From Mobula hypostoma (Eukaryota), in assembly GCF_963921235.1 (NCBI RefSeq), contig NC_086097.1, positions 188,606,001-188,670,000 on the forward strand: a stretch of DNA of 64,000 nucleotides. The letters are read 5' to 3'. The notes under the pieces were generated by a model. It was not told where the DNA came from. It saw only the letters and a list, made by a program, of their open reading frames with translations, and made no database searches. Position 1 is the first letter of the stretch. Each line of letters starts with the position of its first letter. This document shows positions 12,993 to 27,485 of the stretch, in pieces. Made by a program: the position numbers and the translations under genes.

Positions 12993-14058
12993 TCAATGAG
13001 TAGAGGTGGGGTCAAGTGACCAGTAGATGGGGGAAGCCGGTGGATTTGGATGTTTAGGCCATGTGTTGGGTAATTAGTGTATGACTGGAGGGGAAGATGG
13101 GGCAAGTGGTATCATGGTTCCATAGTAAGTAAACAAGCTAAAGGTAATCTACCTGAGTTTGAGTTCCCAGTGAAAATGAATTAAGTTTTCTTTCTTTTGT
13201 TCTGTATCAATTTCAATGTAATGTCCAGGATCTGATTTGTTATCGGTACATTTCCTCTAATGGTTTTGTTATGTTCAACCATTTAGAAACATAGAAAACC
13301 TATAGCACAATACAGGCCCTTCGGCCCACAAAGCTGTGCTAAACATGTCCTTACCTTAGAAATTGGCTGCTGTGTACTCAAAATAATAACTAGTCTGAAT
13401 GGGTTGCTTATTTTCAATGTCAATTTCTTGCATTTTCTGTAATAACCATATTTTCCTGCCACTGACCACATAGTTTTAAGCTCCTCAGTCCAGGGAAGCA
13501 CCCTCCCTGCATCTAGTCTATAAAGCCTTTTTGTGTAATTTATAAGTTGTGATTAGTGATCCTCTCATTCTTCCAAATGCTAAAAAAAATACTGTCTTAT
13601 CTACTCTACCTCATACAATAATCCCATTGTCTATGAAGCCAGTTGAGTAAATCTTTCAGGTTTTTGAGCAGTGCATCCTATCAGTAAAGAGACCAATGTT
13701 GTACATGATACAACCTCGCCAAGATCCTATATCAATACAGCAAGAATTTGGACCATTTGTTCTACTGTACTGTTTGACGAGACTTTAAACAGGTCTCATC
13801 ATGTTGCATATGAACATAAAGAGCTATGACGCTATTTTGACAAGCAATAAAGTTCTCCCAAGCAATTTGGTTCATATTTATATCCTTTTGATTTCAGATC
13901 TTGAAAAGTATCTTACAAAGGCACAATTATTCCCCTTTTTTCCAGTTTAATTAAAATAGTGAAGCTATCTCTTATTTCAATACCACCATGGATAATTTAT
14001 TTTCATCTATTTTAATATTGCAGCAGAAACTAACAGGCAAAAAAACTTTTTGTTTTAG

Positions 14059-14089
14059 GCTCTCCAGTATTTTGACAAAGCTGAAGAAG
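14059..14089 (+). CDS. RMDN1: RMDN1 31-bp coding exon, ALQYFDKAEE
   Basis: ttttag|GCT...GAAG|gtaaaa; fills the gap between the flanking exons in frame. Confidence 0.9.
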
Positions 14090-15555
14090 GTAAAAGTTCC
14101 ATAAATGTATTTCATTCATTTCATTTATAAAATTAAATTAAACTTCATATTACTTTTCAGTAATAGATATAATTCAATTGAAATTGTAATTGTTAGTCTG
14201 TGTCTTCCAGCCCGCTTCCTGAGGGTCAGTGCAGCCCAGAATTTGCTCCCATCAAAATAGCTGAACAGTAGTAATTCCCTTTGGAATTTGTGTCAGTTGC
14301 CAGGCAGGTTAATTCTATTATTTATTTCCATGTGTTGATGCTGAGATTTCAGTCTTGGTCCAGCAAAGGTTGGATAGAATGGAATTTATTTCTTAATGTT
14401 CTCTACTACATCAAAGTGGAATTTTGCATCAAGATTCAAATGCTGTGTAGATAGTATAAAGAATTTAGTTATATTCATTTGTGGTTTAAGGCATCGCAGT
14501 CAGGTATTGTTTGTTTGTGATTCCACTTGAGAAAGAAGTGTGCCACTTAAACTGTTATAATTCATTGGTTGAATTATGCTTCTGGAGATGAATTTCTGTG
14601 ATTTTAAAACCCGCTGATGTTGAAGAATTGGGGCTATATTTCCAAGAGAAAATGAGATGTAGCTTGAAGGTAATGTGAAAATGGTGGAGTTCTCATGCAC
14701 TGCTGTCTTTATCCTTGGTGGGGGAGAAGGAGAAAATGAATTTCGGGAGTCAAACAGGTCATTCCAGGTAAGGGAAGCAGATTTCCTTCTCTGAAGAACA
14801 TTAGTTAACCTACTGGATTTACAATAGTCCACTTAATTTCTGATTAACCTTACCAAAACAAACGTCACTGAAGAGGGGTGAGGATCAATGAGGTGGAGTG
14901 CTGCTGGTCATTCCTGGTGATTACTGGTGGGGGGGTAGGGCTGACGAAGAGTCACAAGATTCTGGAGGGATTGAAATTGATGCAAGGAAACATGACCGAG
15001 TGGCAAGCCAGTAAATTAATAACTTAAAGCTAAGTCTGATTCAGTGCGAGTTAGGATTCCTGTATTATGCTAGGCTACTAGAATGGCCAAGGGAATAGAC
15101 AGGATGTGTCAATGATCGTACTTTTTCTTCTATTCAGCAGCTGAGGGAGGACATTATTGGGTAGTCAATGGCTGTCAATTGATTCATCTTAAGACATTTT
15201 AATTGCTAAGTATTTAATTATTTATTGACATACAAATCATTGTTAGGAGATTTTTGTGCATTATTTTGTATAAACTTCCGGGCCATTTGTGAGCAACTTT
15301 TGACAGGCAGTTCGGGGCAGCATAAAAAAAATTAGTAGGTGGAGATCAGAAACAAATTTTTTTAAAATTTTATATCTTACTTCATTCACGAAAACAAAAA
15401 AAAATAAATTACCCCACCTTGCTCATTAACATCTCAGTAGATAAAGACCAAAAGTTAAGTACATTCTTGTTTTCTATTTTCTCATATGCTTCTCTGCATA
15501 TGCAAATGTATTGTGCATAATATATTGTTTGTATTTAACGTGACTTATTTTGCAG

Positions 15556-15689
15556 CTGAACCAAATTTCTACAGTAAAAACTTATTAATGTTGGGGAAAA
15601 CTTGCATGAAATTAAAAAACAAGAAGTTAGCTTTGTTGTGGCTGACCAAAGCAAGGGACTATCCTGCACGAAATGAAGAAGACAAGCAG
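15556..15689 (+). CDS. RMDN1: RMDN1 coding exon, (A)EPNFYSKNLLMLGKTCMKLKNKKLALLWLTKARDYPARNEEDKQ
   Basis: tgcag|CT...CAG|gtaagt; 134 bp; lies in ORF 15486..15731; PNFYSKNLL and EEDKQ motifs. Confidence 0.95.
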
Positions 15690-15893
15690 GTAAGTTTATC
15701 CAATATAACAATTAAAAGGTTGTGTTTCTAATCTCCACCTACTGTTGTTCTGCAATTTTGTTGGGTAAACTTAATCATAGTGATAGCAATGATATGTTCA
15801 ACTTTAAATGTTATTATTAAGGACCACAGGTTTTATTAATTCAACTCGACCCAAACTTGGATATAGATGAGTAAAGGATGCAGAATTATTATA

Positions 15894-16671
15894 CAGTGGA
15901 TTACGATTTATTGGAACATATTGGGACCAGCACATTTTGGCCCAGTTAAGTAGTTGCCCAATTAGCTGAAGTTTCATGGAAATAGTTTTTAAAAAAAAAA
16001 GTACAAAAAAGACAAACTACCATTTAATTGAAATACAGAACAAACTAAAACATTACCAATACTACTATAGTATTATAACACTGTATTAGTTCTTAATTAT
16101 TGATGGGTGTGTTCATCCAGTGTACACTGCCTTGTTCTTTTGACTGTAAATGAACAAAATCAGTGCAGACACCTAGTGCAGATAATGGATAGCTTTCTTA
16201 CAATCCTTTTGACTATTGAATCCTTCAAATCTTCATTTTCATTATAACATTCATGGTTATTGATGCCTTCAAATACTTAGTAATCATGTCATTTTCACTC
16301 CCAGCTGTTTTTGGCATCTCTAAACCTGAATGCTTGTAACCACAGTGAGCAAAACAGTTCTGAATTGTCTAACTGATTATTTCTTGTCAATTATCAGTGA
16401 CAAAAATCACTGCTTTTGAGGACAAATAATGCTGTTTAGAGAACTCTTCACTCTAGCACGGTGTTGCATCTAATGGCCACACAAGTGCACATGACTGATG
16501 CTAGTTAGAATCTGTTCAGCAACAGTCTCCTGCCCCCTAATTGGGTATAGTGTCCCAAATAAACCAAAGGAATCCTGGATATTTTCGAAATAGGTTTTTG
16601 TTCTTCAAGGTTTGTGCCAAATAAGTGACTGCCCCGATTAAACCGATGGCCCAATTAAACTGAATCCACTG
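15894..16671. mobile_element. Non-autonomous Tigger/pogo-like DNA transposon
   Basis: Imperfect ~26-bp TIRs starting CAGTGGATT; left flank TA, right flank CA; no ORF. Confidence 0.65.
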
Positions 16672-18196
16672 CATTGAATTTAAGCAGACAAAATTAATTT
16701 TACTCAAAGGATATTTTAGCAGATTTCTATGTACCCTGGGTCAAAAGCTGACCCTCTGATTTTGTGATATGTTTCGATATGAGCAACTATTTTTTAAAAC
16801 ACCATGTTGCAAGCCCAGTCTATTTTCGTACCTGATCGTCCTCAAATTTTAATTTTTGTCAGTTTTAGGAACTGTAACTGATGCAGCCTGTAGTGGGATA
16901 AGATCTAGTCCCACTAGTTCTACTAGGTTCCAGGTTCTGGGAATTAACCCAGTATCTTAGCCTTTGATCAACAAAGTTGTGGAAAATGTTGGTAAAGCAT
17001 ATAGAAAATGGCAGTCTGCATATTAAATTGACAAGATAAAAATGAAAACTTAATTTTTTGCACTTTTGAACATGGCAGTTAATTTTATATCCATATCAGT
17101 TATCAAAGGTGTGGTGATACATACTTCATTGCTTCAGTACTTCTGGTGAGATGGTGCCGCCAAGTTAGGATCCAATGTTGATAAAGGAACTGCAATACAC
17201 TTCCAAGTCAGGATAGAGTGCAGGTGATGCTGTTCTCATGCACTTAAAACCCACATCCTTCCTACTGGTAGAGGTTGCAGGTTTGGGAGGTACTTTTCAT
17301 CTAGCCTATGCGAGTAATTCTGTCAGTGGTATCCATCTGCAGCCACTGTACACTGGCTAGCATAAAGGTTAGGACAGTGGATAGGTTAACAATTACGGTT
17401 ACTTTGTTTGAGATAATTTTGGTATCATGAGTGTAACTGGAGCTGGAATCATCCAGATTAAGTGGAGGGAATTAGATCACCCCAGTTTGTTCTTTGATAG
17501 AAAACTTTTGGTGTGGCAGGCAATGAGTCATATGCTACAAAATACCCAACTCTGACCTGCTTTTGCAACCGCGGTATTAGCTTGGGTGGTTTGCTTAAGT
17601 TTCTGGTCAGTGACTATGTTTCGGGATTCAACGCTGGTAATGCCATGGAACAGAGTAGGATATGGCTATTAACTAGCACTTTAATGGCATGTGCTATTGC
17701 TATCAGTGCATTCCTGTTGTCTAGGTTTTGCTGCAGGAGCCATGGACTGTTACCATTGCTAAGGAATTGCCTAAAGGATTGAACATTTTTCAATCATCAG
17801 CAAACAGCCCTACTTTTCACTTATAGTAAAAACACTGATGAAGCAATTGAGTCAAGAATACTACTTTGAGCTACTCTTGCAGTGATGTGTGGGTTGGGTT
17901 ATTGGTCTGCAAAAAAAATCTTATTTGTTAACCAGTGAGGAAAATATGCCCCAAATTGAACCTACAATCGGTTAGCCACAAAGGGAGAGAGGAAGTCTGA
18001 AGTAATTTCCATTAGTTAATTGTATTAAGAATGAAAATATTTATTATTCAGTTGTTTAACTATTAATGTAGATTTTAATTTGGAAAACAAAACATTGAGT
18101 GCATTATTATATTGTGCCTTTAGTCTACAAAAATTTTTTTTGAAGTCCCACAGTATCTATAGATAATCTGTCTATAATCTCTTTTTCTATTTTTAG

Positions 18197-18250
18197 GTTC
18201 AAAAGGAAGCCATTGAACTACTTAAATCACTACTGGAGTCAAGGACTTAA
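18197..18250 (+). CDS. RMDN1: RMDN1 terminal coding exon, VQKEAIELLKSLLESRT*
   Basis: Polypyrimidine tract then ttttag|GTT; phase 0; TAA at 18248-18250. Confidence 0.88.
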   Translation, partial: VQKEAIELLKSLLESRT

Positions 18251-18412
18251 CTGAAGTCAATCTTGCACATTAAAATAGTCTCCAGCCAGTCACTATGTGA
18301 TGAGATTAATTTGGAAGTTAATTGATTTCTCAAACATCAATGAAAATGATTTTTATTGGTTTAATCACAAAGGAATTTACACAATTGTACAGCCCTGATA
18401 CAGCATTAACCA

Positions 18413-18418
18413 AATAAA
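18413..18418 (+). promoter_or_regulatory. Candidate RMDN1 polyadenylation signal AATAAA
   Basis: First + strand AATAAA after the stop, followed by a GT/T-rich tract; alternatives at 18808 and 18857. Confidence 0.45.
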
Positions 18419-18826
18419 TATGCATATTTGTGTACCTTTTAGTGCTGCAAATTTGTGAATAGTGGTGGAAGTAAACAACTCAACTACCCAAAAAAAAGCA
18501 AACTATCATAGTTGAAGTGCTTAACTTCAACTTTAGGATGTTGCCAGTGCATTCATCAATTCCTAAAAGTATAATCTTTTTTCTTGCAATGCAGGGAAGG
18601 TCTTACAATAGTAAGTCCACAGAAAAATTCTACAAAATCCCAAAATAACATATACAAGCTGAATCACCAGCAGGTCTATTAACAGTTAATCCATTCTATA
18701 TTCATCAGTAGTTTGTATTTAATCAAAGCATTGTGTGGTCTATAGCCACTTGGGTCACAGGATAGCAAGTTTTCCACTTTCAACTAAAAACATGAAAAAA
18801 ATTTAATAATAAAATTAGGTGCCCAT

Positions 18827-18832
18827 TTTATT
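18827..18832 (-). promoter_or_regulatory. Candidate WWP1 polyadenylation signal AATAAA
   Basis: TTTATT on +; T/GT-rich downstream element on -; a more distal candidate at 18352-18357. Confidence 0.45.
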
Positions 18833-20210
18833 AAACTTCGTTTGCACATAATTACAAATAAAAGTTTAAAAATTTTCATGCACCTGACAGATTGACGTTT
18901 CAGTGGTAATCTTGATGCTTTGTTGCAGATACTAGCTAATTGATGTGCAGAAATGGTCAGTTGCTAAACTGTTTTTGGGTGGGGAAATACATAATAAAAA
19001 GCAGTAGCAAAAACTGACCAAACTCGAGCTTTTACAAAACTTTTACAAATTAAAAACTTTAATGGAATTTACAATGTTTAAATTTAAAGCATTACAAATG
19101 TTACATTTCAAATGTCTCTATCTCCCCAGTCACTGCAAGGAAGCACAGCGTGTTAGAAGTTGAAGTTCAATATAATTCACAATTTTTTAAATATATTTTT
19201 GTTACATGTCATTAAATGCCCTCAATACTGGTGAAACTATTTTAAATGTATTATTACATGTTTTTGAAATTTTTGAATTTAAAAAATAAATCACTTGATA
19301 TTTCTCAGGTTGAAGGCCTATTAGAAATTATATTTCAAAGCCAGAAAAAGAGATGCATAATATAATTTATACACACAGAACGTATACCATTGCAATGGGA
19401 AAACTAATTATACAACATTCCTTACAAATGTGCAAAACTTAATTGACTTTATTCCTGATTGATAAATGTAACTGTTCTAAAAGACTGAACATAAAAGCAG
19501 CAGAGGTAATATTTTGCATAATTACACTGTGAAAATTGTCCACATTAGCTTTTTGTATATAAAATAACATTAGTATTTGGGATACTACCCCAGTCTCTCT
19601 GCTTTTGTTTATTTCAGTATACTATACACAAGACATACATAAACAGCAATAACACAACAAGAAAATAAAAGAGAACTCATGTCAGCATTTACATATTCTA
19701 TGATTTCAACAAGCCAGCAGCATTAAATCTAGATATCTGACAGTGTTTGGCATAAGCCTTAAATACTTCAGTGACAGCCATGCAAGAAATCTCCCTGACA
19801 GAATTGTTAGATCAGTGGAAACTGAGCCACAGGGTATGTTTTCTTCTGCACTAAGGGGGCATAATAGCACACCTACCAAATCACCTACTAAGCTCTATAA
19901 AACTAGAGCCATGGATATTTCAGCTGTTTCTGATATTTAAAAAAAAATCATTCTATGTTTCAGAAATCAGCTGAACTCTTTTCTCCCACAATTTCTTTTA
20001 AAGGGAAGGTATGTAAAATACTATGTACGGTGAAGACAATTTGCATAAATGACTGGAAGAAAAGCATGTTAATTTTATAGAATTCCAGATGTAAATTATT
20101 TCTCTAGGCAATAGCTTATATACAGATAGACAACTGTGCAACTGTAAATGATCAGAATCAGAAATGTGTACATTGTGATGCCATCTCTTAGCATCAAGAT
20201 TGTGCTGCAT

Positions 20211-20378
<168 letters not shown>

Positions 20379-21705
20379 TCAGTCATACTCCATGTTGAGT
20401 ATGGAATCTGCTGCACGTTTCCTTCTCAATGTGACTGTGTAGCCCTGAGCTCTGCACTTAAATGTAATATAACAAATCAACTTGGATACACAAGGTACTG
20501 CAAATACTGGAATCTGAAGCAAAAAAAAAGAGCTGGAGGAACTCACCAGATCAAACAGTATCTGTGGAGTTAAAAGGGTTCATAGTTTTGGGTTGAAATT
20601 CAAAACATTGAAAATCTCTTTGCCTCCACAGATGCAGCTTAACCTACCGAATTGTTCCATCTGTTTGTTCGTTAATTTTTTAAAATTTTGCATGTAAAGT
20701 AATGATTTCCTATTGAATTATTTCTTACATCCTTCACATACATGAGTGTAAATCTTTATGTTACATCTCCGTCTAAATGTGCACTGTGCAATCATAGCAA
20801 CTTATAATAATTTATAATAAATAGAATAGTCAATAAAACATAGAAATATACTCAGATCAGCATGAGTTAATCAGTCTGATGGCCTGATGGAAGAAGCTGT
20901 CCCAGAGCCTGTTGGTCCTGGCTTTTATGCTGTGGTACCGTTTCCTGGATGATAGCAGCTGCAACAGTTTGTGGTTGGGGTGACTCAGGTCCCCAATGAT
21001 CCTTCAAGCCCTTTTTACACACCTATCTTTGTAAATGTCCTGAATCATGGGAAGTTCACAACTACAGATGCGCTGGGCTGTCCACACCACTCTCTGCAGA
21101 ATCCTGCAGTTAAGGGAGGTACAGTTCCCATACCAGGTAGTGATGCAGCCAGACCACATTTACTGCTCATGCCCAAATGTGGTAATTAGTTTTAACCGAT
21201 ATTTTTAGGTGAAGGTGTTAATAAGCAGCATGTTCCTGGATTTGGATCAAGTCACCATCAAAAAAATGGTGATACACTTCCACACTCAGATGGACTGTAA
21301 TTTGCTGGGAAACCAGCATCTGGTGATGCTCCTGTTCTGTTCATTTTTAGTGATAGTTACATGTGTTGGATAATGCCTTTGGAGTAGCCTAGCAAATAAT
21401 TGCAGTGTATTATGTAGCTGGTACACAACATAAGTCCTTCAATTACCTAAAAATCATGCCCCCCTTGTTAGCATTGGGATTGCTTAGATATGTCTAGTGC
21501 ATATTGCTTTCCCTGCTTGGATGCATGTATCAGACAGCCTGCTGGAGGAATGCAGCGGGTCAAGCAGCATCAATCGGAGGAAGGGAAGCATTGATGTTTC
21601 AGGTCAAAACTTTCAGTGCCTAATGTATTTACAGACTGCAAATGGCCCATGATGTCTCGTGAATTCAGTTCTGAGTAACCCGATCTGTTTCTGAATCCAT
21701 ACAAC

Positions 21706-22639
21706 GTGATTTTTATTAATGACCTGGATGTTGGGGTAGAAGGGTGGGTTGGCAAGTTTGCAGACGACACAAAGGTTGGTGGTGTTATAGATAGTGTAGA
21801 GGATTGCCGAAGAGTGCAGAGAGACATTGATAGGATGCAGAAGTGGGCTGAGAAGTGGCAGATGGAGTTCAACCCAGAGAAGTGTGAGGTGGTACACTTT
21901 GGAAGGACAAACTCCAAGGCAGAGTACAAAGTGAATGGCAGGATACTTAGTAGTGTGGAGGGATCTGGGGGTACATATCCACAGATCCCTGAAAGTTGCC
22001 TCACAGGTGGATAGGGTAGTTAAGAAAGCTTATGGGGTGTTAGCTCTCATAAGTCGAGGGATAGCGTCTAAGAGTCGCGATGTAATGATGCAGCTCTATA
22101 AAACCCTGGTTAGGCCACACTTGAAGTACTGTGTCCAGTTCTGGTCGCCTCACTATAGGAAGGATGTGGAAGCATTGGAAAGGGTACAGAGGAGATTTAC
22201 CAGGATGCTGCCTGGTTTGGAGAGTATGCATTATGATCAGAGATTAAGGGAGCCAGGGCTTTACTCTTTGGAGAGAAGGAGGATGAGAGGAGACATGATA
22301 GAGGTGTACAAGATAATAAGAGGAATAGATAGAGTGGATAGCCAGCGCCTCTTCCCCAGGGCACCACTGCTCAATTCAAGAGGACATGGCTTTAAGGTAA
22401 GGGGTGGGAAGTTCGAGGGGGATATTAGAGGAAGGTTTTTTACTCAGAGAGTGGTTGGTGCGTGGAATGCACTGCCTAAGTCAGTGGTGGAGGCAGATAC
22501 ACCAGTGAAGGTTAAGAGGATACTAGACAAGTATATGGAGGAATTTAAGGTGGGGGTTTATATGGGAGGCAGGGTTTTAGAGTCGGCACAACATTGTGGG
22601 CCGAAGGGCCTGTACTGTGCTGTACTATTCTATGTTCTA
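21706..22639 (+). mobile_element. 5'-truncated CR1 LINE
   Basis: ORFs 21706..22014 (KFADDTK) and 21935..22690; tail ctattctatgttcta. Confidence 0.9.
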
Positions 22640-23238
22640 AAAGTAATGCCACAACATGCTGGAGTATCCTTTATGAGACGACATGACTAGGTAATAAGTA
22701 CGATGTACTGATCACTAAATACAATACTGTTGTCAATAGAAGCATCTGTAATAGGTAGATTGGTGAGAACTGGATCAAGTTGATTTATTCTTTGTGTTGA
22801 TTAATTCACTCGTATTTTTGCGCTATGGAAAAGTGCCCCAGGTTCAGCACTAGGAACACTGTTTTTGATACAGAATGTTTTGAATTCAGGACATAAAATT
22901 AAAACCTGCTCATCTCAAAACTTGGGAATCTTACAAACACTGAAGATAGTAATTCATATAAAGGGAACACAAATAGAGGCTGAAGAATGGGTGAACAAAA
23001 TTCTTAAGACATCACCTGTGAGAAGAAAGGAATTGTCAACATTTTGAGTTAAAGACCCACATGCCTGCATTCTTTCCTCCCACATACGCTACTTGACACA
23101 CTGCGTTCCTTCAGCAGATTGTTGCTTCAGATTCCAGCATCTCGTGTCTCCAAAATCCTAAAGCTACTGCATATGTATTAGTACAGATTTAATACCATAG
23201 ATGTTTCTAGTGCAAGACTAATAAATAGATAGTACTCA

Positions 23239-23328
<90 letters not shown>

Positions 23329-24379
23329 TTATTGTCTCCGGCTAATCATATACAATGCTTCATCAAAACAAGTTGTGCTGTCATGCAAGATCAAATATTT
23401 TCAAAGGGTAATGTAAGTTTACAAGTTTAACAAGTTTATACATTAGACAGCAGAAAGATTTCACAAGCACCACACCAACATGTGTAATAGCACCTAGTTT
23501 GCAATGTAGCAGACACTTTATTTATGATAAATTTCCTATTAATTATTTTATCCATTTCTGATATTGAGGGCTTATTCATAAGCCTGATATTAATTGTGCA
23601 CCGTTAGTTTACAACAAGGCAGTGGTAGGAAAATTATTGATTTTCTTCACTACTGAAGTGAACGATTAAGTCAACTGCACTGGACAATAGATGTTTCACT
23701 TCTTTGTCTATTCGCCTCTCTATCTACCAACAGGTCAGTTCAGCCACTGAAAATATTTTCCCGCCACAATTCTTCCGCTAGCTTACCAGCTCTTTTGTTC
23801 ATGGGCCCAAATGTCTGAGTCTGTGTTGAATGCTTTTTACATGACTTATTAACCTCCCTACCCACAAGTTCTAAATCTTTTATTCACGATAATCTTTCTC
23901 CCTGCATAGTCCCAAATTCACTATGTTCTTATCTGTAGCTTTAGACTATGAGACACAGGAGCAAAATCGGGCCACTGCATCCATCAAGTCGGCTGTCTTT
24001 CCATGGCTGATTTATTATCCCCCTCAATGCCATTCTCCAGCCTTCCCCCTATAACCTCTAATGCCCTCACTAATTAAATGGGTATACTTAAAAGTGATAA
24101 TTGATAGGTTCTTAATTAGTCAGTGTCAAAGTTTACGGGGAGAAGACAGGAGAATGGGGTTGAGAGGGATAATAAATCACCCACGATGGAAAGCTGGAGA
24201 CTGAATGGCCTAATTCTGCTCCTATGTCTTACAGTCTAATCAAGAACTTTATTTCCAATGATTTGCTATAATCAATTCAAATGCTTTCAGTACTGTTTGC
24301 TATAACCAAAGATTTTGCATTCACATATCTTGGGATACAATGATTATAACGAAAGAAAGCTGGAAAGCAAATTTACAGT

Positions 24380-26038
24380 GAATCACATGCTCCTTTTTTC
24401 ACAGTAGAGCCCAAAACAAACCAGGAAAAGTTGTAAAGCATGTAAAATTAAAAAATTGAAATGTTAGCAGTTCAGAAGTATTCATCCCCCTTTGCTCAGT
24501 ACATATAGCAGCTATTATACCCAGTAGTCTTTTTTATGTGTCTATTAGCTTTGTACAACGTGATGGAGTCAAGATTTGCCCATTCCTTCTTCTAAAATTG
24601 CTCAAACTGTGCCAGGTTAGTTGGGGAGTGGTGGTAAACAGCAATCTTGAGGTCTTGCTAGAAATGTTTGATCAGGTTAAGATCAGGACTCTGAACGGGC
24701 CTTTCAAGGACATAAATTTTCATCTGTAGCTACTCCGTGGTTTCTCTGGCAGTGTGCTTTGGGTCATTGTCCCACTGAAGGATAAACTTGCTGCTCAGTT
24801 TAAGTTTTCCGGCAGAGGCTAACTTTTTTTTATCCAGGATCTCTCTGTATTTAGCAGCATTCATCTTCCCATCAATTGTAATCAGATTTCCTGTTCCTGC
24901 TACTGAAAAGCATCCCCATAGCATGATGCTACCTCCATCATAATTTATAGTAAAGGATGGTGTTACCTGGCTGAAGGCACATACTCAACGATGCAGAAAC
25001 AGATTCTTTCCCTCTGCCATCCGATTCCTAAATGGACATTGAACCCTTGGACACTACCTCACTTTTTTAAAATATATATTCTGTTTTTTGCATGATTTTT
25101 AACCTATTCAATATATGTATACTGTAATTGATTTATTATTATTTTATTTTGTTGGTTTTTTCTTCCATATTATGTATTGCTTTGAACTGCTGCTGCTAAG
25201 TTAACAAATTTCACGACACAAGCTGGTGACAGTAAACCTGATTCTGATGGACAGTATTAGATTTATCCATGCATCCGCTTAGTGTTGAGACCAAAATGTT
25301 CCACTTTCATCTCAGCTGACTACAAGATCTTCTTTCACATCTAATGCCATAAACCTAATGCTGCATATCAGCCAGGTAACACCATCCCTGCTGTAAAGCA
25401 TAGCGAAGGTAGCATCATGCTACGGAGATGCTTTTCAACAGCAGGGACGGGAAATCTGGCCGGAATTGATGGGGAAAATGAATGCTACTAAATACAGAGA
25501 TCTTGGATAAAAACCTGCTAGCCTCTGCCGAAAAGCTTAAACTGGGGAGGAAGTTGATCATTTAGCAGGACAATGAACCAAAGCACACAGCCAGAGTAAC
25601 CATAGAGTGGCTTGAAATGAAGAAAATTGATGCCCTTGAGTGGCCCAAAGTCCAGACCCTCACCCGATTAAACATCTCTGGCAAGACCTCAAGATTGCTG
25701 TCCACTGCTGCTCCCCAACTAACCCGGCACAGCTTGAACAAATCTTGCTCCGTTACATTGTGCAAAGTTAATAGAGACTTATTCCAAAAGACTACTAGCT
25801 GTAATAGCTGCAAAAGGTGGTTCATCTGAGTACCGAGCAAAGGGGGGTGAATACTTTTGAATTGCTGACATCTCAAATTTGAAATTTTAGTTTTTCAAGC
25901 TTTATATTCTTTCCTATTTACTGTGGAGAAAGAAAGCAACATGTGATTTACAAATAAGATCTTCAGTTAAACTGATCAAAATCCCTGGTTATTTATGTGA
26001 ATAAAGGATTAGGGACTGAATACTTCTACAAGGCACTG
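24380..26038. mobile_element. Rearranged Tc1 derivative: two inverted transposase 3' halves, with a Rex1-like 3' fragment inserted at ~24972-25247
   Basis: WGCF...DNDPKH on - (24730..24924) and homologous sequence on + (~25350-25870); right terminus ...aaggcactg|ta. Confidence 0.75.
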
Positions 26039-26428
26039 TAATTGCTTTTGTACATCTTATAATGACTAGCTATATTGCAACACAGATAAAGGCAGCCTAA
26101 TTAGGTGGACAGCATGTATAGACCTCAGAACATTGTAGAAGTACAAATGGAAATAAAAAATAATTCCTCTCAGACATCAGTGAAATGTAGGAATGTGCCT
26201 ATATATCTCCCAAGTTTAAAAATCTGATTAAATTCTTGAGCTTGGTAAGAAAACATTTACACCCTTTTGGAAAATAACATGCAGTATGTGCACGGCTTTT
26301 ATACTTCAATGTAAATTACAAGTTAAATGTTTCTTTATACAAATATAGAAAGTATTTACAATAATTAAATTGTTCTAACTTAAAGTATCTACATTATCTG
26401 TATCTAATTCAGAGTTTAGGCAACTTCA

Positions 26429-26560
<132 letters not shown>

Positions 26561-27485
26561 CTAGCAAAAAATATTCAAATTCACTTAATGCAACATGAAA
26601 CAAACCTATAAAATGTGAAATATAATAGAATGTCAATATTCACAAAAGGGAAGGACTAATCCCTCAAACCAGAGGTAAATAATTTTTGGTTATTAAGGGA
26701 TTCAAGGGATATGGGCTAGTACAGTAACATGCCACTGAGTGGGATCAGTCATAATCATACAGAATGATGCCTCCTTTTGTTTCTATTTCTTTAAATAAAT
26801 TGCAGCAAAATTCTGTAAATTAAACATTAGTTAAACACTTGATTTAGAAGTTGTTAAAAGGATTTTTTTTCTGGACTATTAAAAACCTTACTGAGCCCTA
26901 TTTGAATCTCAGAGCTGCTGTCAATTAAACCACAACCCCTTCAAAAATTTTTGAAAATGAATTGCATAATTCAGGTGCACTTTTAGTAAGAAATAATTTT
27001 TAGAATATATTTGAAAAGGTTAAATCCATTAATTTTGCTTTACCTGGATTGAGAATTGAAAATATGACCTTTGTTATTTACCCCTTAAAGTAACAGTACC
27101 AGCATGGGCAGCACAGTGGTGCAGCTAGCGTCTCACAGTTCCAATGCCTTTGGTACTGTTTGTATGGAATTTGCATAGTTCCTGCAATCATCTGGGATTT
27201 CTCCAAATTATGGTTACAACAGAATGTAGGTACAAACCCAGATGATGGGACAAGGTGCAGATTCTATGTGTCATGCACAACATTTGATGCAATAAACTAG
27301 GTTTAATTAACAGCGAAAGGGACCTGTACATTGATAATAAAGCTGATCATAACGTAATCAAGCTGATTACATTATGATCAAAGTGTCTGAAACACATCAC
27401 CGGTCAGTTATCATCTGTGGACATAGAATTGTATTTAGTGTTTCAGGGTGATTGGAACTACCCAAAAGCAAACATCACAAAAGGT

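Noticed and set aside
15486..15731. 81-aa ORF as a stand-alone gene
   Set aside because: It is one RMDN1 exon plus intronic read-through
23943..24250. Apparent inverted repeat
   Set aside because: Explained by one CR1 3' end inserted in opposite orientation into another
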